From assembly GCA_937863565.1 (NCBI GenBank), contig CALMGJ010000002.1, forward strand, positions 1-42,310: DNA of 42,310 bases, read 5' to 3'. The position numbers were made by a program, and so were the translations under genes. Source of the DNA: an uncultured bacterium. Its GTDB lineage: Bacteria; AUK180. How positions within the stretch are numbered: position 1 is the stretch's first letter; every line of letters starts with the position of its first letter. This document shows positions 35,960-42,310 of the stretch, one piece after another. The notes below the pieces were generated by a model. The model made no database searches. It was not told the origin of the DNA and was given only the letters and a program-made list of their open reading frames with translations.

Positions 35960-37050
35960 GCTCTTCTTTTCTCGAAATCAAGGACTATCGGGGCGGCAAT
36001 GAAGATCGAGGAGTACGTGCCCGTAATGATGCCCACGAGGAACGCAAGAGAGAAGACCCTCAATCCTTCGCCGCCGAACAAAAACAGCGCCAGCACCGCG
36101 ACAAATGTCGTGAGTGCGGTCATGATCGTTCTTGCAAGCGTTGAGTTTATGGCGGTATTTATCACCGTCTCTATCGTGCCTTTCACTAGCTTTTTCGATT
36201 CCCTTATCCTGTCGTCGACCACTATCGTATCGTTGATCGAATAACCCACAAGGGTAAGAAGCGCCACGACCACGGACAGGTCTATCTCCTTATTCAATAC
36301 GATTAAAACGGATAGCGTTATCAATACATCGTGCGCGAGGGCCACTATGGCGCCGATCGAGTAAATGAACTCGAACCTGAACGAGACATAGATAAGAATG
36401 CCTATCAGTGCAAAGAAGATCGCCCAGAATGCAGACTGCTGATATTTCTTGCCGACCGCGGGACCGACAAGGGATACGCCTTCGATGATGAACGGGTTTT
36501 CGGCGAAGATCTCGGTAAGCGTGGTCTTGAAGTTCTCCACTTCGTTTTGCGTCATAAGGTTGGATATCTGCGAGCGGAGGACCTCGATCGAACTCGTATT
36601 GATATTGATCGCGTCCTTTTTCTGCTCTCTGTCGTCAAGCGAGAAGTGCTTGAGGAAATTGGCCTTCAGATTCTCCGGGATTGCCAGAAAGGTCATTACC
36701 TCTTCGTAATCGGTGAATATCTTGTTCTCTCTTCTTGCTTTCTGGAGGAGAAGCTCCTTTTCTCTTATGAAATCGGGAAGTTTTTTCTGCACAACTATCG
36801 TGTTGTTCTCTTTCCCGAGACTTTTGGCCGTAGCCTGAAGTTTCCCGCGTACGGTTTCAAGGTCTTTTATTGTGAGGGGGTTCTCGAACTTCACCTGAAG
36901 CTTGATGCCACCCTGGAAATCAACGCCCCAGTTGAAACCGCCCCTTACAAAATAGAAAATAACGCCGGTCAGTATAAGAACGGCGGATGCGAAGTATGCA
37001 TATTTCCTTGAACTCATGAAATCAAAATTGGCATTATTGAAAAATCTCAT
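35956..37050 (-). CDS. secF: Protein translocase subunit SecF with an insertion in the periplasmic domain
   Basis: GVDFQGG, VGPAVG, Y..FRFE, ALAHDV, GYSINDTIVV.DRIRE, GTYSSIFIA. Confidence 0.95.
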   Translation of the reverse strand: MRFFNNANFDFMSSRKYAYFASAVLILTGVIFYFVRGGFNWGVDFQGGIKLQVKFENPLTIKDLETVRGKLQATAKSLGKENNTIVVQKKLPDFIREKELLLQKARRENKIFTDYEEVMTFLAIPENLKANFLKHFSLDDREQKKDAININTSSIEVLRSQISNLMTQNEVENFKTTLTEIFAENPFIIEGVSLVGPAVGKKYQQSAFWAIFFALIGILIYVSFRFEFIYSIGAIVALAHDVLITLSVLIVLNKEIDLSVVVALLTLVGYSINDTIVVDDRIRESKKLVKGTIETVINTAINSTLARTIMTALTTFVAVLALFLFGGEGLRVFSLAFLVGIITGTYSSIFIAAPIVLDFEKRRA

Positions 37051-37059
37051 GGTGACCTC

Positions 37060-38481
37060 CTAAATGCTCAGCTTTTTCACATGGACGGTCCCGAGAAGAT
37101 ATTCGTAGAACATCCTTGTGATGATAAGCGCGCCGAACATGCTCGCCAGGATACCGATGGAAAGCGTTACCGCGAATCCTTTCAGGGGCCCCGTGCCGAA
37201 TTTGAAAAGAACTGCTGCGGCCACGAGTGTGGTGAGATTCGAATCAAGGATCGTGATGAAGGCTTTCTCGAAACCGCGGTGCACGGCCGCTACATTGCTG
37301 TTGCCTTTAACGAGTTCTTCCCTTATCCTTTCAAAGATGAGTATATTGGCGTCAACAGCCATGCCTATGGTAAGAACAAGGCCTGCGATACCCGGGAAAG
37401 TGAGCGTGAAATTGAAAAGCGACATCGCCCCGAGGATGATAAGCATCTCAAGGAGTATTGTGATATCTGCTAAGAAACCGGCGAACTTATAGTAGACCAG
37501 CATTACAAGAAAGACCAGAAGAATACCTATGATGAAAGCCGTTTTGCCCTTTTCGATCGAATCCTTTCCGAGTGTCGGGCCGACGGTCTGGTTCTCCAAT
37601 ATCTGTACCGGCGCGGGAAGCGCGCCGGCTCTGAGCACCAGGGCCAGGTCCTTGGCTTCCTGAAGCGTGAAACTGCCTTCGATGTAAGCCTTGCCGCTCG
37701 GGATCTTCTCCTTGATATTCGGGGCGGAAATGACGTTGCCGTTCAGGATGATGGCAAGCCTTTTACCCACATTCTCTTCGGTGATCCTTGCAAATATTCT
37801 TGTGCCGCGCGGCTTCATTTCAAGGCTGACCACCGGTTCGCCGAACCTGCCGAAATCGACTTTCGCGGATTTCAGTTCGTCGCCGGTCAGAAGCGCCGTC
37901 TTTTTAAGAAGCATGGGGATCTTTTCTTTTTCCTTCGTATCGGTATTCACCCTTTCCATGAAAAGGAGTTCGTCATTCGGAGGAAGGGGTAGCGATTCTT
38001 TAACTTTTCCGTCTTCATCTATGAACGAATCGGCCTTGGATTGATACGCCTCGTCGACGAGTTTGAATTCGAGATATGCCGTCTGCGTTACGAGCTCGAT
38101 GGCCCTTTCGGGGTCCTTCATCCCGGGAAGTTCAACTACGATCTTCGTATTGCCCTCCTTTCTGATCACGGGCTCCGCAACGCCGCTTTCGTCGATCCTT
38201 GTCCTTATTACGGTGATGATCCTGTCGACGATATCTCTTCTTTCCTCGGGTGTCACCTCAGACATGTCTGCGCCGAGAACGAGATGTATGCCTCCCTGAA
38301 GATCAAGGCCGAGTTTGATAACGCTTTTATACTTTTTTGCGTATTCCTGCGGTGTGAATATCTGTCTTTTTGTTTCGTCGTCAACTTTATGCCATTCGAT
38401 CGTCTTTACCAGAAACACGACCGCGATGACGGTGACCGTCAAAGCGAGAACGAAACGCCATAGAAATGGTTTATTCGCCAT
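37060..38481 (-). CDS. secD: Protein translocase subunit SecD
   Basis: LGLDLQGG, RID..GV.EP, SAPNI, LRAGALP, GPTLG, GMAVDANILIFERIREE, DSNLTT. Confidence 0.97.
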   Translation of the reverse strand: MANKPFLWRFVLALTVTVIAVVFLVKTIEWHKVDDETKRQIFTPQEYAKKYKSVIKLGLDLQGGIHLVLGADMSEVTPEERRDIVDRIITVIRTRIDESGVAEPVIRKEGNTKIVVELPGMKDPERAIELVTQTAYLEFKLVDEAYQSKADSFIDEDGKVKESLPLPPNDELLFMERVNTDTKEKEKIPMLLKKTALLTGDELKSAKVDFGRFGEPVVSLEMKPRGTRIFARITEENVGKRLAIILNGNVISAPNIKEKIPSGKAYIEGSFTLQEAKDLALVLRAGALPAPVQILENQTVGPTLGKDSIEKGKTAFIIGILLVFLVMLVYYKFAGFLADITILLEMLIILGAMSLFNFTLTFPGIAGLVLTIGMAVDANILIFERIREELVKGNSNVAAVHRGFEKAFITILDSNLTTLVAAAVLFKFGTGPLKGFAVTLSIGILASMFGALIITRMFYEYLLGTVHVKKLSI

Positions 38482-38507
38482 AATGCCTCCATAGCAAAAT
38501 AAAGGTT

Positions 38508-38536
38508 ATTTTAAAGGATTTTTCTGTTTTTTTCAA
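38508..38536 (-). promoter_or_regulatory. Putative sigma70 promoter for secDF
   Basis: Minus strand TTGAAA-17 nt-TAAAAT; GGAGG SD before the ATG. Confidence 0.5.
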
Positions 38537-38551
38537 GTTTTTAAGGACTTT

Positions 38552-39502
38552 TTACGACCGTGTTGCCTGGAAAACAATATATGCTATGTATGCACAGATC
38601 ATTATCCCGGCCTCGATACGGTCTATGGTCCTCTTTTTCAGCGTGAACATCGAGATGAAAAGAAGGACCGTTGCAGCGAGAAGTACATACATATCCGTAT
38701 TAATTGCTGTCTCATAGGGCAGAGGGCTTATGAAGCCCGATATCCCAAGGATCAAAAAAATATTGAAGATATTTGAGCCGACGATATTCCCGACCGCTAT
38801 ATCGTATTTCTTCTTGAAAGACGCTACCGCCGATGTTGCGAGTTCCGGAAGAGATGTACCGGCGGCAACGATCGTAAGTCCGATGACCTTCTCCGAGACA
38901 CCCAGCATCTGAGCGATCTTTATAGCGGCATTTACGCTCACCTTACCGCCTGCGAAGAGGAGCCCGAGACCTGAAATAACGAATAGAACCGATATAAGCG
39001 CGGAATATGTTGCGTAGTTCCCTTCATCCTGCATGCCTGCCTTTGTTATAAAAAATATATAAACAATAAAGGCCGCAAAGAAAAAAAGGAATATCATGGC
39101 ATCGAATCGGGTAAGCATATTGCCCGGCCGGCCCAAGGTCACTCTGTCATTGACGAGAATGAATAGCAATATAGCGGCAAAAAGAGAAAAAGGGATCTCT
39201 TTCCATACGGTGTTCTTCCCCACCTTCAGCGGATTGATAAGCGCGGATATCCCTAGGATGAGAAGTATATTGAAGATATTGCTTCCGATGATATTTCCGA
39301 ACGCAAGTCCGCTCAGGCCCTTTGCGCTCGCGAAGATGTTCACGACCAGTTCGGGAAGCGATGTGCCGAACGCGACTATGGTGAGCCCGATTACTATTTC
39401 GGGGATATTGAACCTTTTGGCAAGCGACGATGCGCCGCGGATCAGAAGTTCCGCCCCGGCGACGAGAAGCGCCATACCGAGCAAGAAGAATATTATCTGC
39501 AT
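38552..39502 (-). CDS. Calcium/sodium antiporter (YrbG-like, CaCA family)
   Basis: Two alpha-repeats GLTIVA(F/A)GTSLPEL..GNI(I/V)GSNIFNI. Confidence 0.95.
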   Translation of the reverse strand: MQIIFFLLGMALLVAGAELLIRGASSLAKRFNIPEIVIGLTIVAFGTSLPELVVNIFASAKGLSGLAFGNIIGSNIFNILLILGISALINPLKVGKNTVWKEIPFSLFAAILLFILVNDRVTLGRPGNMLTRFDAMIFLFFFAAFIVYIFFITKAGMQDEGNYATYSALISVLFVISGLGLLFAGGKVSVNAAIKIAQMLGVSEKVIGLTIVAAGTSLPELATSAVASFKKKYDIAVGNIVGSNIFNIFLILGISGFISPLPYETAINTDMYVLLAATVLLFISMFTLKKRTIDRIEAGIMICAYIAYIVFQATRS

Positions 39503-39692
39503 ATTTATCCTCTATTGTTCCGCGGGCATATTATATCACGGGAATATATCTTTTCAAAGCACTGCAGTGTAAGCACCGTCTTTTCTTTGCATTCGTGACA
39601 TTTCCGGTAGTTAGGTGACCAAAACAGCTGCTTAAGGTCTATGATTTTCACAATAGATATTATTCTTCGGTCTCTTTTTATAGCGGTATATG

Positions 39693-41213
39693 CTACTTAA
39701 TCACTGCAACTTTGCCCGTCTTCAGGGGTTTTCCGTCCTTCAGGACGGTATAGAAGTATACGCCCGAGGAGATATCAATCAAGGCCGCGGGCACCCAAAG
39801 AGCTCCTCCCTGTCTTCCCTTATAACGATTTTGCAACAAATGCAACAACCGTCCCTGTTCTCCCCTTGTATTCAGATATCGGAGAACTTCTCAGAAATGT
39901 CCCGTCAAGATAAAACTCAACTCTGTTCGCAACCGGGCCGATCGCATCGACATCTATCCTGTATGAACTTAAAGACGGGCTTATATATTGCCCGTTTTGA
40001 AGATTATCATACCAGATAACATATCTATTCCTATCCACGCCGTCTTTGTCGATGAAATGTATCCCATCTTCCCCGAATCGATCCCACGTCTCTTGTGCGA
40101 AGTAGTATAGAAGTGTTGCACCCGCCTCTATCACACGGGGCATCAAGGCGTCGGAAACCTTTATCATTTGTTCGCTTTTATAATGATCGGCACCAGTTAT
40201 CGTATTCCACCAAATAATGTCGTTAATATATAACTTGGGCCAGTTCCATGTCTTATAGTCGAAATATAGTGAGCCCCCTCAACATCATCTGAAGGGAAAT
40301 AATCGGCCATCTGGTTCATTTTGGTAAATATTTCAAGCAATGGGTATTCACTAATATATTCCTTAGGTTTTTCACCTATTATTCTTGTGCATGTCTTTAT
40401 GATCGATATTTTCAATGGGATGAAACTCGTTATTTTATATAGTATGAAACACCGGCAATCTTCTCCGCAGTCAAGCGTGTAGTTGTGAGCAAGATAATCT
40501 TCAACGCTTATCTCTTCCTCCCAAGTCTCATATTCATATCCTGTGAATAGATAATTGTCTATATGCCATAGACCGAGTGAATCATTTGTGTTATATAATT
40601 TATACATCTCTTCTCTCCCAATCCAAGCATGCTCATATTCATCATCTTCACCAAGCCAATAATAATCCCAATCAGGTGGAAATTTTGCATGTTTATCATT
40701 GTGTACATGTGCAGGAACGGATAAATCTTCAAGTAAATGAATTATTCTTCCTATTCTCCAAAAGAATCCCCCAAATACAAAAAGTATATTTTCATCAACA
40801 TTAATATAACCTTCTGAATTAGAAATAAAATTGCGTTCATACTCATAAAAAATATCTTTATTGTTACCACAACATATTTGTCCAGAAATATCTAGGGCAC
40901 ATTTATCGCAATATTTCCAATACTTAATTGCTTTTGTAAAATTAGATGGATGAGAATCAAGTCCAACCCCTTCTGGAAAATAATTGTCTTGTTTCCAAAA
41001 GTGCGTTACAGTAACAAGCGGCCAATTATAGCCATAAATGAAATCAGTATAATTATCTTCATAGGATTCTTCAACAATTATGTTTTTATTACTTATTGTA
41101 TTCGATAAAAATAATAAAGAATCGTTCGTCATTTTATTATGTGCAGCACCTGAATGAGAGTAAATAGCTATATTTATAAAAAAGAGAATTCCAATAAGGC
41201 TTATTCTATTCAT
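39693..41213 (-). pseudogene. Interrupted secreted Zn-dependent phospholipase C/S1-P1-fold protein with Ig-like segment and sorting-domain remnant, spread over three frames
   Basis: 41213-40197: signal peptide, HSGAAH, THFW, GRIIHLLEDLSVPAHVHND, DEYE, FPSDDVEG. The next frame continues from the G5 run (40274-40278) to 39820, including LMPRVIEAGATLLYYF and RVEFYLDG. A third frame ends ISSGVYFYTV..KTGKVAVIK* at 39693. Confidence 0.65.
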
Positions 41214-42015
41214 AAGTATTCCCTTTAAAATAGTAGGATAAGGATATTCCCAAAGAGTATTTTTCGGCATCTTTTTGTATTCCCCAGCGAAGTGCAAATA
41301 ATCCGATTTCGAAATTGTTAAAATAAATTGAAATCTGATATTTTTCATATTGGAAATTTATTCCACCGATTCCAGAATCTGGACCCAGTAAGCCTAATAC
41401 AAATGGATAATATTCTGCCAACTCTCCATGCATATTTCTCACATATGACAGTTTTATCTTCGATAAAATGAATGATGTTCCATAGAAAAAATCGTATCCG
41501 GGGGAACTTATAAAGAATGAAAAATACCATATGTGCTTTTGAAATATAATATTTAGTAAATATGTAGGGGTAATTCCCAGGAAATTCCAGAATTTATAAT
41601 CATAATTCATACCTCCTACCAAGTATATTTCCGGAACGATTGTTTTTTCTTTAACAAGCCGGGCAAATAATTTTAATCCTAGGGAATATCCTCTTTCAAT
41701 GCTTATATCAATAAAATCATCGTAATTAAAATAATGTGGAACCACATAATTAGCATAAAAAAGAATCTCAAGAAATATATTTTTTTCAATTTCTGTGAAG
41801 TATTTTACTCCTAAAACATCTTTTGGAGATTTAGATTCCCAGGTTATCAAGTCGTTATTTAATTTTAAGGAGTTGCCATATAAATAGTGACCATCTTCCA
41901 AGTAGCCGTATTCCAGAGTCAATGATTTAGCCTTCTCAGAAAAATCATGTGAGTCCATAATTCCATAAGTTGTGATATTTAAAGTAACCAAAACAAAACA
42001 AATTAATCTGCTCAT
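41206..42015 (-). CDS. Hypothetical exported protein, possible outer-membrane beta-barrel
   Basis: Signal-like N-terminus, aromatic/Gly-rich alternating strands, near-terminal YSLGISLSYYF; overlaps both neighbours. Confidence 0.6.
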   Translation of the reverse strand: MSRLICFVLVTLNITTYGIMDSHDFSEKAKSLTLEYGYLEDGHYLYGNSLKLNNDLITWESKSPKDVLGVKYFTEIEKNIFLEILFYANYVVPHYFNYDDFIDISIERGYSLGLKLFARLVKEKTIVPEIYLVGGMNYDYKFWNFLGITPTYLLNIIFQKHIWYFSFFISSPGYDFFYGTSFILSKIKLSYVRNMHGELAEYYPFVLGLLGPDSGIGGINFQYEKYQISIYFNNFEIGLFALRWGIQKDAEKYSLGISLSYYFKGNTYE

Positions 42016-42310
42016 TATTTTATCTCCAAGTAAAATATCCTCATAAAGCCCTCTTCTCCCGGATGATCAGAATTGACACCCGTGAACCATATCCTTGTCT
42101 TCCCCACATCGCCACCTATTATGCCAGCATGGGCATCATTATGTGCATGAGCTGGCACTGACATATCCTGTATTAAATGCCCGACTCTGCCTAATCTCCA
42201 AAGATATCCTCCCACAACATAAAGCATTTTTCCATCAACATTTATATAACCGCCTGAATCAGATTCAAAATCACGCTCATATTCAAAGAAAATATCTTCG
42301 TTTATTCCAC
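42015..42310 (-). CDS. 3' end of a second Zn-PLC/S1-P1-fold paralog (5' end outside window; truncated or chimeric C-terminus)
   Basis: Frame open from the window edge: GINEDIFFEYERDF..WRLGRVGHLIQDMSVPAHAHNDAH, matching the gene at 40197-41213. Confidence 0.75.
   Translation of the reverse strand, partial: GINEDIFFEYERDFESDSGGYINVDGKMLYVVGGYLWRLGRVGHLIQDMSVPAHAHNDAHAGIIGGDVGKTRIWFTGVNSDHPGEEGFMRIFYLEIK

Noticed and set aside
39690-40019. 109-aa plus-strand ORF
   Set aside because: Lies opposite the interrupted PLC-Ig-CTD gene, whose minus-strand frames carry the recognisable motifs.
1-42310. CRISPR array, IS/transposase, prophage or rRNA
   Set aside because: No regularly spaced repeats or corresponding protein or RNA motifs were recognised.

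Overview
A gene-dense chromosomal segment, about 50% GC by eye, from a diderm, LPS-producing bacterium (waaA, lgt/lspA, probable outer-membrane beta-barrels, secreted proteins with T9SS/FlgD-like C-terminal domains). The lineage cannot be fixed from this sequence. Most of the window is housekeeping and envelope genes. These include glycosyltransferases and an asnB-GT4-TPM-NTase-like-lemA-waaA-oligopeptidase B operon. There are also mscL, gpsA-HU-MerR-tRNA-Pro(GGG), EutN/CcmL-ymdB-miaA-hfq-hflX-der-plsY, ileS-DksA-like-lspA-lgt-RluA, degenerate PilB-pilT-glmS-DUF374, secDF and a Ca/Na antiporter. The last ~2.6 kb is a largely AT-rich accessory cassette. It holds two paralogous Zn-dependent phospholipase C/S1-P1-fold genes flanking a putative beta-barrel gene. 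One paralog is truncated or chimeric. The other is split by a frameshift at a G5 run and followed by an out-of-frame sorting-domain remnant. Other oddities are a Walker-A-less PilB paralog coupled to an intact PilT, a GspK/ComEA-like helical insert in SecF, an orphan microcompartment vertex gene heading a housekeeping operon, and several apparently leaderless genes. All calls come from motif recognition by eye; no searches were run.
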